Source: a virus. Taken from it: DNA of 64,000 nucleotides. The position numbers and the translations under genes are program-made. The stretch lies in the IMG/VR virus record IMGVR_UViG_3300025117_000032; one strand, written 5' to 3'. Of this stretch, positions 38,169-49,491 are shown piece by piece. Within the stretch, counting starts at the first letter, position 1; every line of letters begins with the position of its first letter. A model generated the notes under the pieces. The model was given only the letters and a program-made list of their open reading frames with translations, ran no database searches and was not told the DNA's origin.

Positions 38169-38856
38169 TTTTTACCTCTTTCTGTTTTTCCACAATTTAA
38201 ACCTATATTCGATATTGTTCACAGCCTTAAAAACCATAAGCCCCCACACCTGATATAAGCAAGAGAGCAACAATCGCAAAGACCATCCAAAATGGAAGTG
38301 TTACTAACCACCAAGACCACGCAATAACCCCGCACAGCTTAAGCGCCACAAACAAAACCCCAAGCACACTCAAAATTCCCATAGTTATATCATCCTTTCA
38401 TTTACCAACCCATGTCTTTAGGAAGCTCACTGTCTAACATGATCTTTCCACCATCGTACCATTCAGCAAGAGCTTCACGCATGAATTCTACAAACTCATT
38501 TCCGTCCCCACCTGGATCACCACTTTTCACGGTAATGGAAATTTCATCTTTCCCCCTAATAAGAACAATTATACCACAACCGGGACTGGTTGTCAATTTT
38601 TTCTAACTATCAAGAAGTTGGTAAAAAACTAGAATTCTTTATTGAGAATGATCCTCATTTTCCTGGTTGTGTAGTGGGTTGGATGGTTAACCTTGTCCTC
38701 ACTCATTCTCGTTAACCACAGAAACCATGACAAGACCAAGGACAAAAATTAAAAAGCCAAGCATAGATCGTTCATATCCATCCAAACTGCTATCCAACAC
38801 CCCAAGAAAACAAAGCGTCAATGCTGAAAACACGATTAGGTTTGAAAGAACTTTCT

Positions 38857-40023
38857 TCACTTTGTTACCCCCTTAACATTGATTAATGGACGTACCCTAT
38901 GCACGATTTCCACAAGATCCTTTTGCGCCAACATCACATCGAAAATGTTCTTGTATGCGAATGGGGATTCATCAAGGGTATCGGCATTTACCTTTGCCTT
39001 GATCCCTCTCATTGCAACTTCAAAGTCAACCACGTTGGTTGATTCCTTGATAGCCTTTCTGCTGGACACCCTCCCGGCACCGTGAGAACTTGACCACAAT
39101 GATTCTGGGTTTCCTTTACCTTCAACGATAAAAGAACCATCCCTCATGTTGCCTGGAATGACACCCATCATTCCTTCCTCTGCATGAGTAGCACCCTTGC
39201 GATGAATCCACAATCCGTTCTTCAAGACGGCATGGTTGTGGTTTCTGTTGATGAAGCTTACATCATCTTGGCTTGGTACACAGTCAACAAACTTCTTTAT
39301 GGCTGCATAGACGGAACGATTGATGCATAGTCTATTGGTCAAAGCAAATTCCAAGCACCCATTCATATCGGCAATGTATTCTTCACCAAGGGTGGAATCA
39401 GTTCTGAATCCAAAATGTCCCTCACTTGCCTTTCCACTTGGGGAAGCAAGTTTCATGTATGCTTGAGCTACCTTCCAACCGAACCCCCTGGACCCAGAAT
39501 GAATAATAATCCAACAGCTATCGTTTTCATCGTAGCCAATTTCTATGAAGTGATTCCCACCGCCAAGGGTTCCGACTTGCCTTAAGGCTTCACAATCCTT
39601 GAAGATCCCCGTTGCCAGCGGAGAAAAATCCTCTATGGTAGAATCATCCCAACCACAGGCTTGTTCTTTTTGGTGATGAGAAAACCCAACGGGGACAATC
39701 TTATAGATCTCGTTGAAGATGTTATCTGCATTAGCGATAATGTCTTCCTTGGAAGTGTCTAGCTTGGTAGCACACATCCCACACCCAATATCGTAGCCGA
39801 CAAATTGCGGAGAGATCATTTCTCTTGTCGCCACAACACCCCCTATGGGTAATGAATACCCAACATGGGCATCTGGCATCAAAGCCCCTCTAACAACCCA
39901 ATCTAATTCCATAACACCAATAAATTGGTTTAGAGCATTTGGATCTAAGGTTTCCAGATTAGCATATATGTGAAAGGGTTTTCCCAATTTTTCTAGTTTA
40001 GTTAGCATGTTATTCTCCATCAT
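38857..40023 (-). CDS. rtcB: RNA 3'-phosphate/5'-OH ligase RtcB
   Basis: MPDAHVG, VGYDIGCG, GTLGGGNHFIE, HSGSRG, HNH, HRKGA, PGNM, SSHGAGR, DESP.AYK. Confidence 0.95.
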   Translation of the reverse strand: MMENNMLTKLEKLGKPFHIYANLETLDPNALNQFIGVMELDWVVRGALMPDAHVGYSLPIGGVVATREMISPQFVGYDIGCGMCATKLDTSKEDIIANADNIFNEIYKIVPVGFSHHQKEQACGWDDSTIEDFSPLATGIFKDCEALRQVGTLGGGNHFIEIGYDENDSCWIIIHSGSRGFGWKVAQAYMKLASPSGKASEGHFGFRTDSTLGEEYIADMNGCLEFALTNRLCINRSVYAAIKKFVDCVPSQDDVSFINRNHNHAVLKNGLWIHRKGATHAEEGMMGVIPGNMRDGSFIVEGKGNPESLWSSSHGAGRVSSRKAIKESTNVVDFEVAMRGIKAKVNADTLDESPFAYKNIFDVMLAQKDLVEIVHRVRPLINVKGVTK

Positions 40024-40089
40024 GTTTTAACCTATGGCAGTTTCGTATTGTTCAACAACCCAAGTTTTCATTTTAGAACCTTTCTTTTT

Positions 40090-40178
40090 TGGCGGCAAGT
40101 AAAGGATTCGAACCTTTGCTAGTTTTACCTAGTCCGCTGATTAGCAATCAGGAGCAATGCCAACTCTGCCAACTTGCC
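40090..40178 (-). tRNA. tRNA-Ser(GCT)
   Basis: GCT anticodon, long V arm, TTCGAAT, G73 CCA. Confidence 0.9.
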
Positions 40179-41238
40179 TAAATTTGTTCAATCGCTGTTA
40201 CCACATAAATATCATCAACACCAAGATGCATGGGGGTAATAGTTTTGTATTCTGCCTCATACGTTCCAACGAAACCGTGTCTGTCATACAATTCAAAAAT
40301 GCCACGATTATTTTGCCATGGTACACACCAAGGTCTTACTTCCCAACGATCAAGAATGCAAGTTGGCTCATCGTTTAGCCAAGCACTAAAAATTGATACT
40401 ACCTCAACGATATGCATTATCTTTCCCTTCTAGAAAGGAAATAAACATTCCAGACAAAACACACACAACCCATGGTTGCCAATCTGAAAATGTCCAACTG
40501 GTTTCAGCCAGCAAGAATCCAATCATGATCATCAGAAAATACATTGATACGGTTTTCATCTCACATAACTCCCCTCACTACCTATTTCCAGCACAACCTG
40601 TCTCACCACTTCGTAAACATCAACCCCAGCGGCAAACATACTTGGTTCATCCTTCAAAGCTAAGGAAATTGGGTTGTCCTTATTCACACGGCCCCCACCA
40701 AAAGTGGGAAACTTCTTGGTAATGACATCGGCAATCCTTCTGGTTTAATAATCTGGTAGAAACATTTTTGTTACCAACCCTCTCTATAAGAATTCCTGTA
40801 GGGAAAGTCCTTAAATTCTTTACACAGCTTCTTTTCTTCATAAAGACCAACCTGACCAGCTTCATATTCCTTGCCTAAACAAACTTGGCAGGGAAAAACA
40901 AGAACAATTTCAGAATCTTGGCTAACTGCAACCAAGATACTACCACAGACTGCACAAACGTGTTTCATTTCAGCACCCCAACTCAAACATAAGGTTTTCA
41001 AGTTCTTGGTTGTCTTGCTCCAGATCTTCAACAAAGATATCCAGAGGGTCAACCTTGTGCTTTGGCTTACGGCTGTAACGCACCTTGGTCTTGTGAACCT
41101 TGGTCGTCGGATCAACCTTGCTATACTTGATCATCGCCTTCCTCCTGGCAGACTTCTTCACCCTAGCAAGATCCTTTTCATCCAACTCAACCGTCAAATC
41201 CTTGTCCCTGTTCATTTCAACTTTCCTTTCTCGAAAGC

Positions 41239-41394
41239 TTAGTAGTCCTTATCCCAATCATCGTCTTCTTCGTAGTCGTCTTCACACTCGTAATCATCCC
41301 AATCATCTTCCAATTCGGTATCGTCTTCGTCCCCCCCAAAATAAAGGGAGTTATAGTAATCTTCATCGTAGTACAAAGAATCATTGAAGTCCAT
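41239..41394 (-). CDS. Extremely acidic 51-aa peptide
   Basis: MDFNDSLYYDEDYYNSLYFGGDEDDTELEDDWDDYECEDDYEEDDDWDKDY; GAGG RBS; below ORF-track size cutoff. Confidence 0.65.
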   Translation of the reverse strand: MDFNDSLYYDEDYYNSLYFGGDEDDTELEDDWDDYECEDDYEEDDDWDKDY

Positions 41395-41492
41395 TTTCAA
41401 TCCTCACTTTCTCATTCACAAAGACAGAACTAATCATCATCGAACAGAAGCACACCAAAAGAAACACCACAACTAGAATGATGTAGTCCACT

Positions 41493-41789
41493 TTACTGAT
41501 CCTTGTTCCTTATTGCCGTTAGCAGATCGATAAGCTCCTGGATTGAAGCCGACCCAAAGGTTTGATGATTCACGGTCATAATCAAGTACAAATCGGCATA
41601 AGAACTCTCATCCATTACCTCAATCCTAACCTCCGCTCCCCCGGAAGTGACAACAGTATACCGATTGCCATCGGTAACATCGGGGGTGGGGTTGCGCCCA
41701 TTAACCCTGTTGGTCGCGTCAGTCATCTTAATCATTTTATAACCCTCTTTCTTTTCCCACCTATTTTCCATGAGTTCGTAAACGTCCAT
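41493..41789 (-). CDS. Hypothetical protein (distant family A?)
   Basis: Start MDVYEL; C-term TF…IQELIDLLTAI. Confidence 0.5.
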   Translation of the reverse strand: MDVYELMENRWEKKEGYKMIKMTDATNRVNGRNPTPDVTDGNRYTVVTSGGAEVRIEVMDESSYADLYLIMTVNHQTFGSASIQELIDLLTAIRNKDQ

Positions 41790-42423
41790 TTCAGTCTCCC
41801 CCAACAAGAAGTTTGATTTCGCTTTCCAGTTCTTCGATCCGACCCTTGGTGTAGCTGCAACGAAAATCAGCACCAAGCAGTTTTCCAGCGATATTCTTGG
41901 CAGTATCTTCATTGTGAATCTTTGCGTACTCATCACGAAGACAAGCAAGATCTTGCTCCAGGTGTACCAACTCAGCCTTAAGTATGTCCCTTTCCACCTG
42001 GAGTTCGCCAAGCCTGATTGCCAGCATGTGGTCGTTCATTATTCAACCTCTCCCATTACATGCCAACCCCGAACAGATGGACCCTGTACATAAACCATTC
42101 TAACCTTCATCCCAACTGTTAGGATTCCCCTAAGACTTGGGGCAATCTGCCATGGTCCAATGTTGTGTTCCCCAAAGATGTGATCCCTGGAGAAACAGGG
42201 AACCCGAACAACCCAAGAATTTGCATGGTAGCTTTCCACCACACCACTAAGCACACCATGATTCATCACTTCACCACCACTTCATGGTTTTTAGCCCACA
42301 CGCGGATTTTGGTTTCCGCGATAACAGGGTGCCCAGAGAAAGCAACTTCCTTGATCACCTTGTTGTTTTCCACATCAAACAGGATCACGAACTTGTTGAC
42401 GATTTGGATCTTGGCAACCATGG

Positions 42424-42570
42424 TTAGAATTCCTTCGAATCTTCGAACATTATGGCTTCTGTTTCCAGGGCCATAGCATCCTCAAAGCTCTCGTCACTCT
42501 CATTCAGTTCTTCGAAGTCCCAATTTTCATCGGAGAACATTTCATCCATGACTTCAAATTCCCAATCCAT
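42424..42570 (-). CDS. Extremely acidic 48-aa peptide, first gene after early promoter
   Basis: MDWEFEVMDEMFSDENWDFEELNESDESFEDAMALETEAIMFEDSKEF; AGGAG RBS. Confidence 0.65.
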   Translation of the reverse strand: MDWEFEVMDEMFSDENWDFEELNESDESFEDAMALETEAIMFEDSKEF

Positions 42571-42574
42571 TTCC

Positions 42575-42690
42575 TTTTCTCCTTGTTTGGGTTTCATCTC
42601 AACCACAACATCAATATCGTCTATTTTAGGAGAAATGTAAACAAAAAAATGAAGAAAATTTGAGAAATTTATAAGTTGTTTGTTTTCAAT
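42575..42690 (-). repeat. Early-promoter module, copy 1
   Basis: TTTACA-N17-GATATT (42613..42641) with A/T tract and IHF-like upstream; near-identical to 60483..60603. Confidence 0.8.
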
Positions 42691-43016
42691 CGGTTTCGTT
42701 CCTTTCAACTTTTCTCATGAGGGCTTTCAACTCCGAACTTACACTTTCAGATTACAAATTTTCTGCTATATGCATCCCAGCTTTGGTCAAAGAAAGCATT
42801 GCATCATCCTTATCTTCTGGAAAAGATATGGCAAACAACCCCTTCTTGATAAGGTTCAATATTGTCGATGTTATTTCAGCATCACGCAACCACATAACTA
42901 TTCGCTCGAACTCACCTTCATCCATTGGATGCCCCTGTTTTTCAATATAGGTCTTGCAAAACAGAACACAAAAATCGGAAAACTCCTGGCCATCATCTAT
43001 CCAGTTCTGAAACTTA

Positions 43017-43283
43017 TCACTCATTTTTTCCCCTCTTTTCGTTGACCATTTGAACAAACAAATAAGACGCTACGATTGCAGATGCAAAAAGAAACCAAAG
43101 AATTACTGCAAGCCACATATGATCAAGGTCTATTGGTGTGCCTAGTAAACCATTGAACACAATTGCGCCCAACCAACCAACAATTGCTGTTGGGATAAAG
43201 AGCATAACCAATCCAACAATGGCTCCCAAGACTAACTTTGTGGCTTCTAGCATTCCACTCAAAAAACCAAAAACAAATCGCAT
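43017..43283 (-). CDS. Small membrane protein
   Basis: 2-3 hydrophobic helices, GGAGG RBS, promoter TTTACA-N17-TATCCT at 43309..43337. Confidence 0.6.
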   Translation of the reverse strand: MRFVFGFLSGMLEATKLVLGAIVGLVMLFIPTAIVGWLGAIVFNGLLGTPIDLDHMWLAVILWFLFASAIVASYLFVQMVNEKRGKNE

Positions 43284-43421
43284 GGGTTTACCTCCAAGTG
43301 TTTTAATAAGGATACCAGATTTAAGGGAAAATGTAAATACAATCTTGTCATTTCACAAAGGTTTCTTCTATTTATACCATAGAATCTAGGTTAACTATTT
43401 ACAAAACAAAGGAGAAATACT

Positions 43422-43970
43422 ATGGCTAGAACCACTAGTTATTGGCAAGACAACCAAGCGTTGGAACTTGCTAGGGACACAGCTAACTTGGCTGCGGTTC
43501 CACCCCCACCATTTTCATATTCCACATCTGGACAGACATGGAGACAAACAACCTCAGCAAGAACACAAAGCGTAATCTACACCCCAGATGATCAACTTAT
43601 TTTTTCAGCGCGTGGTGGAAATGAGTTTGGAGTTTGTGCTATATTGAGGTTTTCTGGTGCAACCGGAACAGGTGCCACTGGTGAAGGATTGTGGGTTGGT
43701 ATAAGTGGATCTAATACAGACAGTAACTTTAGTGGGCACATAAGCATTTCTACTTTGTATTCTGGCCAACCACAAGGCATTGGAACAACCCCATATACCT
43801 ATACCTCAAACTCTGTGTATCACACTATACGCATAGATGGTGTATACTACAACGGAACATTGCCAGATGGAACTTCTGTTGGAACTGCCGGTGTATGGTG
43901 GAACCAATCTGGATTAACCTCCATAAAACTAACGTCTGGATCATACCTGGGTTATTGGAGAAATGGTTAA
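43422..43970 (+). CDS. Putative virion protein (Ser/Thr/Gly-rich)
   Basis: Lone plus-strand gene, AGGAG RBS, TATTTAT/TATTTAC motifs upstream, own terminator. Confidence 0.6.
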   Translation: MARTTSYWQDNQALELARDTANLAAVPPPPFSYSTSGQTWRQTTSARTQSVIYTPDDQLIFSARGGNEFGVCAILRFSGATGTGATGEGLWVGISGSNTDSNFSGHISISTLYSGQPQGIGTTPYTYTSNSVYHTIRIDGVYYNGTLPDGTSVGTAGVWWNQSGLTSIKLTSGSYLGYWRNG

Positions 43971-43987
43971 ACAACCTCTCCTAGAAC

Positions 43988-44023
43988 AAGCTCCCCTCAT
44001 TTGATTGGGGGAGTTTTGTTTTT
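43988..44023 (+). terminator. Intrinsic terminator
   Basis: CTCCCC…GGGGAG followed by T-rich tract. Confidence 0.7.
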
Positions 44024-44097
44024 TGGAGCATCCATTCGGTAACGATCCGAAATTTCCACATTACGAAGGCAATGTTCTACCATTGAACTATGGATGC
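44024..44097 (-). tRNA. tRNA-Thr(CGT), weak anticodon stem
   Basis: GCATCCA/TGGATGC acceptor, TT-CGT-AA loop, T-loop ATCGTTA, CCA. Confidence 0.7.
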
Positions 44098-44099
44098 AC

Positions 44100-45053
44100 C
44101 TATGCTAAAAGACTCTTTCTCTCTTCTTTGGTTGTTAGGGATTTCCTACCCCTCATGAATTTTCCGCAGCTATCACACAAATAGCATTGGAACTTGCTGG
44201 CATTCGTGTAGACAAACTTACCCTCAACAGGAGCAACGTCAGACGAACCACAAGCCACGCACACCAATCCTTTGTCTGTAAACAACCCAAGGTTGGGGTG
44301 GTTCTTTACCCACGGTCTTAGCTTAAAATAGACGGCCTCCAGGATGCTAACATCATTGGCATTATACGTCACCATTGAATTCCAAGACTCTTTATCTCCA
44401 CTTAAACAGCCTTTCCACAAGGAAAACCCCCCTGTTTCCATCTTTGATCCAACCCCCAAAAATTCTGATATGTATGCTAGTTTATTTGAGGTAAACTCAA
44501 ACACACCCCTAGCAACCTTTAGGGTATCAATCGACCTATATGGGGATGGTGGTGTCATGCCAGCTAGAATGAATCTTGTGTTGAGTTTTGGGACATCAAA
44601 CTTATCCCCATTGTGGGTTATCACTACGTCTGCTTCATCTAACAATTTCCACATTCCAATTAGGATACTGGAATCGTCTTCTGGGTTCTTCTTATATTTG
44701 GCTGGGTGTTGCGGCAAGGAATCACAAATAATCTGTTCTTCACCCAACCACTTTGCTGCCCAGCATAGGATGTGCCAGTTCTTTTCTATTTGGTTTATCC
44801 CTATGTTTTGCTCCCAGATATCCCACACATAGGCTATAGATGGTGCTGTCTCGATATCAAGCACAAGAATTTTTGGTGCTGGAAAATCATCAACTATATC
44901 GCTTTCCCCTGATCTTACACTATTGATTGTTTCAAATCTCCCACAAACAGAACACTTATATTGCTTTGCTTTTTTGTCTAATGACCTTAACTTCTTAGAT
45001 CCATGCACCCACAACAATCCACCACAATGTTTACAGTATTTTTTATCTTTCAT
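44100..45053 (-). CDS. RNase H-like (DEDD) exonuclease with Zn ribbons
   Basis: ILVLDIET, ITHNGDKFD, IDTL, SNKLAYI, YNANDV; promoter TTTACA-N17-TATAGT at 45084..45112. Confidence 0.8.
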   Translation of the reverse strand: MKDKKYCKHCGGLLWVHGSKKLRSLDKKAKQYKCSVCGRFETINSVRSGESDIVDDFPAPKILVLDIETAPSIAYVWDIWEQNIGINQIEKNWHILCWAAKWLGEEQIICDSLPQHPAKYKKNPEDDSSILIGMWKLLDEADVVITHNGDKFDVPKLNTRFILAGMTPPSPYRSIDTLKVARGVFEFTSNKLAYISEFLGVGSKMETGGFSLWKGCLSGDKESWNSMVTYNANDVSILEAVYFKLRPWVKNHPNLGLFTDKGLVCVACGSSDVAPVEGKFVYTNASKFQCYLCDSCGKFMRGRKSLTTKEERKSLLA

Positions 45054-45447
45054 TGGATATTGTTTCTCCCTTGGTTGTCCGTAACTATATCATATGTTGA
45101 TGGATTTGTAAACATTTATCTGTAGAATGTTCTTTGGATGTGTTTGGTTTCTTGCATGTACTCTGAAATGGTAAACACTCTTCTTGCAAGAAGGGAGCGT
45201 ACTGTACTCATGAGTGTGCTATACTCCATAAAACTCATTGCTTCTTCCTGTCTATTTCGTTCAAGATCTTAGCCAATTCGTTCCTGTGCATCTTATACCC
45301 AGCCAACAAATCAACCGAAACCCCTTCGTTCTTTTCTATTTTTTCCACTATTAAGTCAGACACCTTTGTTAATCTCTTGTAAGCCAATATGACATTCATC
45401 GCTGTTTTTACGTTCTGCAACACCCCATTAGCTTCTCTTACTTTTGT

Positions 45448-45678
45448 TTAGTCTACATCATCAAACGATACGCCACGAATTTCCATTTTTTCATGCAAAA
45501 GTTTTCTGACAAGTTCCAATGTTTGTTCTGGTGTTATTTTTGTGGCTGTCCCATACTTCAAAGAGTTTCTCAAATACTGGTCAAGATCCCACAACACCAA
45601 ATAATAATCCACCCCCTTAGAGGCAGCATTAAACTCTGATCTCTCTTCTGGCAAGTCAAACTCCAAAATAGCCTTCAT
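45448..45678 (-). CDS. Conserved phage hypothetical protein
   Basis: MKAILEFDLPEE…LWDLDQYLR..LKY. Confidence 0.6.
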   Translation of the reverse strand: MKAILEFDLPEERSEFNAASKGVDYYLVLWDLDQYLRNSLKYGTATKITPEQTLELVRKLLHEKMEIRGVSFDDVD

Positions 45679-46457
45679 TTTACAAACCCCCCAATGGTAT
45701 AATTAACATCTGGGATAGATACACTCGACACAGGGGTTGCTATATCAAAAACATCAATCACTTGTCCTGGCACCAACCCATGAACCACACAATGTATACC
45801 TGTCCTTGTTACAACAATCTCCACCCAATGGTGTTCACTAGATGAAATAATTTGTGTCTCACTATCTCCAACCAAATCCAACGGTGCCCCTGCTCCACCA
45901 ATAACTAGGTAGGTTACACCATTGCTATAATGCCTCTCGTAGGCATGACCATGACCACAGATAACCAAACTTGTTTTTGTCCCCTCTATAATGGGAAGCA
46001 AGTATGGTCTAATGCTATTTGATATTGCCCCATTCCTTAGATTATCAGAATATACTTGATGGTGCATGAAAAGTATGGTGATATTTTTACCATCGTTTAG
46101 GTTTTGTCTTAGATTTCCAAGGGCAACTGTATTCCAATATTGCTGTGTATCAAAGCCAACAACGTGAATCCCCTCATCGTATACATTAACACTAGTGCCC
46201 CAATTCCAATTTTCCAGACCATCATACCAATCATGATTTCCTGGTACTGGAATAGAATTGGGAAACAGTTGTTGGTATCTAGCGTACTCTTGTTCCTCAA
46301 ACATCGACCCATGTTCAACAACATCCCCAGCATCATAGATTACTTCATTTCCTATCTGTGAAGATATGATTGAAGCAACACTGTCTGGGTAGGTGGACAA
46401 ACTGTTTATCTGTACATCACCAATGAAAATAAGACTAGCCAAAAATAATGTGATCAT
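45675..46457 (-). CDS. Metallophosphoesterase (acid-phosphatase-like)
   Basis: GDVQ, AGDVV, PGNHD, MHH, GHGHAYER, GGAGA; late motif upstream. Confidence 0.85.
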   Translation of the reverse strand: MITLFLASLIFIGDVQINSLSTYPDSVASIISSQIGNEVIYDAGDVVEHGSMFEEQEYARYQQLFPNSIPVPGNHDWYDGLENWNWGTSVNVYDEGIHVVGFDTQQYWNTVALGNLRQNLNDGKNITILFMHHQVYSDNLRNGAISNSIRPYLLPIIEGTKTSLVICGHGHAYERHYSNGVTYLVIGGAGAPLDLVGDSETQIISSSEHHWVEIVVTRTGIHCVVHGLVPGQVIDVFDIATPVSSVSIPDVNYTIGGFVK

Positions 46458-47114
46458 CTATTCTCCCTTGCGTTCACAATAAATATCTAGTCTAGCCAAT
46501 GATCCGCAGTCCAACGCAGCGATTTCCAAAAATCAAATTTACGAAATTCCACCCATGTTGCCATTTCCAACCATCGTCTTTCCAAATTGATGGTTCTAGG
46601 AAGCAACACAGTCTTTGTCAAAAATTCTTCCCCCTGTCCATGAATGGTTCACCAAGTCCATATGCCTTTTCACCAGAACAGTCATTTGATATTTCACTCT
46701 TGCATACATCACAGTATGTCTTCATAACAGTTGGCATTTTGTAACCTACCTTTGTTTTTCGGGGTTGACTATTTTTCTCTTAGAACAATTTTTCTACCGT
46801 CTTACCACTATCGGCAAGAAGGTATGATGCTGTAGCTACGTTATAGTCTTCGTCTTCTCTTCCGTTGTCAAAGGTGCAAGTAACACAAATAAAATGCGGT
46901 GCTGGATCTTCTAATCCGCGACCACTTTCATATGTTGCACTTCTTCTTGCTCCCCAAAAAACTTTCATCTTTTCGGACCCCTCTGCAACATGCCTCACTT
47001 GACACTCAAAGATGTGATCGATAAAAACCCACCCACATCTTATCCCATCGTTTTCTGAGGGATTTTGAATTTTTAGTATCATGTCTTTCTCTCTTTCTTT
47101 TGTCTTTCTATCTA

Positions 47115-47444
47115 TCAACCCCGAAAAGCTCTATTTTTAGATTTGTATGTTGGCAACTGTGAATCACAATTACTGCAAATAAGTCTTAAATTTTCAAGTC
47201 TATTATCATTGTTTTTTCCGTTGATATGATCAAGTATTAATATCATCGGTTTCCCTTGCCACGTTGCCTCCATTCCGCATATGGCACATTTTTTACATTC
47301 AAGCATATTTTCATCAATGATTCTTTTTTTCAATCTATGTCTTGGAAAAGTTGAATTTTCCACAAAAACACGACTATCTGGGAACCTTTTCTTTCTGTTA
47401 CTTTCAATTAGAGTATAAGTACCCCTATTCCATCCTCCACGCAT
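47115..47444 (-). CDS. HNH endonuclease
   Basis: CAICG…LDHING..NDNRLENLRLICSNCD; hairpin/late motif at 47453..47473. Confidence 0.85.
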   Translation of the reverse strand: MRGGWNRGTYTLIESNRKKRFPDSRVFVENSTFPRHRLKKRIIDENMLECKKCAICGMEATWQGKPMILILDHINGKNNDNRLENLRLICSNCDSQLPTYKSKNRAFRG

Positions 47445-47499
47445 ATTTGTACCTCCATATAATAAATATGGAGCGGTTCTCCGAACCAATTAAAAATTT

Positions 47500-47584
47500 T
47501 GGCAGAGGGTGGACGAATTGAACGCCACAGTTTAACCTGCCCTCCGGGTTCAAACCGGATTTGTCACCATTGACGGCACCCTCT
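47500..47584 (-). tRNA. tRNA-Ser(TGA), probable 8/4 fold
   Basis: AGAGGGTG/CACCCTCT, TCCGG-TTTGAAC-CCGGA, long V arm, GGCG-TTCAATT-CGTC, G73 CCA. Confidence 0.8.
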
Positions 47585-47622
47585 ATTTGCCGATCCAGAA
47601 CGGCGCTACCACCCAAAATTTT

Positions 47623-47745
47623 TGGTGGGATGCTGGTTATATTCGGTATCAGTTAACCCCAATTTTTCACTCCACAACCCAACAGCATATTACTATGATT
47701 CACTTGCAAAATGCACACTTTGGTTTGCTTCCCCGAAAACATCCC
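47623..47745 (-). ncRNA. Unknown CCA-ended RNA with acceptor-like stem
   Basis: GGGATGTT…AGCATCCC-A-CCA, no cloverleaf inside. Confidence 0.5.
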
Positions 47746-47756
47746 ATCTATTTGCT

Positions 47757-47882
47757 TGTGGGAAAATACCAAACTTTTTATGAACCCAAGTCAAATTGCA
47801 ATCTCTATAAAACCAATTTGTCACGGAATTCAACCCCGACCATTATAGCTAGTGTTTGGCAAAGTCATTTACATTTCCCACA
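47757..47882 (-). ncRNA. Unknown stem-closed RNA
   Basis: TGTGGGAAA/TTTCCCACA and TGCCAAAC/GTTTGGTA. Confidence 0.45.
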
Positions 47883-47887
47883 ATTTT

Positions 47888-47962
47888 TGGTGCCGATAAG
47901 TGGTAACGCTCCACTAGGACTAACGACTTATGAGATCGTGTTGGACTCTATTCCGTATCGGC
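47888..47962 (-). tRNA. tRNA-CAT (Met or Ile2), atypical D arm
   Basis: GCCGATA/TATCGGC, ACGAT-CTCATAA-GTCGT, T-loop AGCGTTA, CCA. Confidence 0.75.
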
Positions 47963-49404
47963 ATTATTCATCATCTGTCTCTTCAACAAGAAGAAATTCC
48001 TCTCCACTCTTTCCAGCTTCATATGCAAGTTTAAGCATATGGGGTACATCATAAATGAACCCTAAACCTCTATCCATGATTGCGTCTTCTGGGCATTCAC
48101 ACATATCATACGCAGAGATGTGTTGCTTTCCTTCATGAGTTTCAATTGTTACCTCAAAACCAGAAATACCTTCATACCCACGATCACGACTAACAGTAGT
48201 TATCTTCATTCCAGAACCCCCTGCTTTGCAAGTTTACGCTCATCCCATCTTTCCAAAAAATCCTCTGCTTCTTTCACATCTTCACTGATAAACAATGGTC
48301 GATCATCGCCAAAGCTCCTATCTAACATCACCATAAATTTATCACCCCAGATTGATATGTATGCTTCCCTATCTTTAGAAAACCCACCCCCGATAAATAC
48401 AACAGCCAAAATAATGGCGGCACACACAAAAATTGTAGCAATAACTTTTGCAAACAGTTCTATACTATCCTTCATGGTAAAACCCTTCTATATTCGTACT
48501 GTTTATACCAATCATTATTCCACGTTTTCATTGGTGTAAGTTTTCGTTTCATCCTGTCGTTGTATGCATCATTCAAGGCTTTTTCTGTTCTGTATCTACC
48601 TTCTACTCGCCATACATTGGTTCTGTTCTTTCCAAATACAAATAGGCTTCGACTTTTTTTGTATTCTTCCCAAGACTCTGGTGTGTATCTGTATTCAAGA
48701 ATGTATGATTTATGTCCTCTTTTGTTTATCCTCTTACTAGTTTGTTCATTGCATGGCCCCCTACCACAAGAACACAACCCGCTATCATCAAATTGATCAT
48801 TACAATGGGGGCATGTGAATTCCTCTTGTGGTTCACCATACCAGTTGCACTTAGCCATTTTTATCTCCCATTATAACAGATCCCAAAAATTTTCACTAAC
48901 GGCTCTTTGAATGTCACTATCAAGGTCAACTGATTTTGATAAAAGATTGTCAGCCATTTTCAAAACGGTTTCCAAATCTTCCCCACACGGATGACATTTT
49001 GCACAATGCCAAGATCCCAATTCTACTTTCCACACTTCTGGATAGCATCTGTGCTTCCTATGAAAGAAGAAACAGAAGCACCATTTCTTTAGATTGTCAA
49101 TAATCATTTCTGACTTCCAACACCCCATCCCATCTGTCAAATGCCCCCTCATGCCAATCACCGCAATATGTTCCTGTTTTGTATTCAGATTTTCCTGGTC
49201 TAAGAACCATACCTGTATTCGGAGAAACAAATAAAACCGTTAAGAGAGAACATGGCTCCATTTTTAGTGTTGGGTAGTCAATTTGTCTCACAACATGGAA
49301 TTGTTCAGTTATTTCTACTTTTATCATCGCATAACCTTTCGTTTGTTGAAGAGCTTACGTCCCCACCCCGTCACACAGTTAAGACCAACGCAAACTCAGT
49401 TAAG

Positions 49405-49481
49405 TGGTGCCCGCAGGTGGATTCGAACCACCATCACTTGGGTTTTGAAGCCAATTCCTCTTCCAATTGGGATATGCGGGC
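49405..49481 (-). tRNA. tRNA-Leu(CAA), short V loop
   Basis: Cloverleaf, TT-CAA-AA, C31-C39 mismatch, CCA. Confidence 0.8.
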
Positions 49482-49491
49482 ATAATATTTT

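Noticed and set aside
49405-49481. Possible opal suppressor/Sec tRNA (TCA in loop)
   Set aside because: Stem register centres the loop on CAA; Leu-type D loop and A73; TGA is used as a stop in the window
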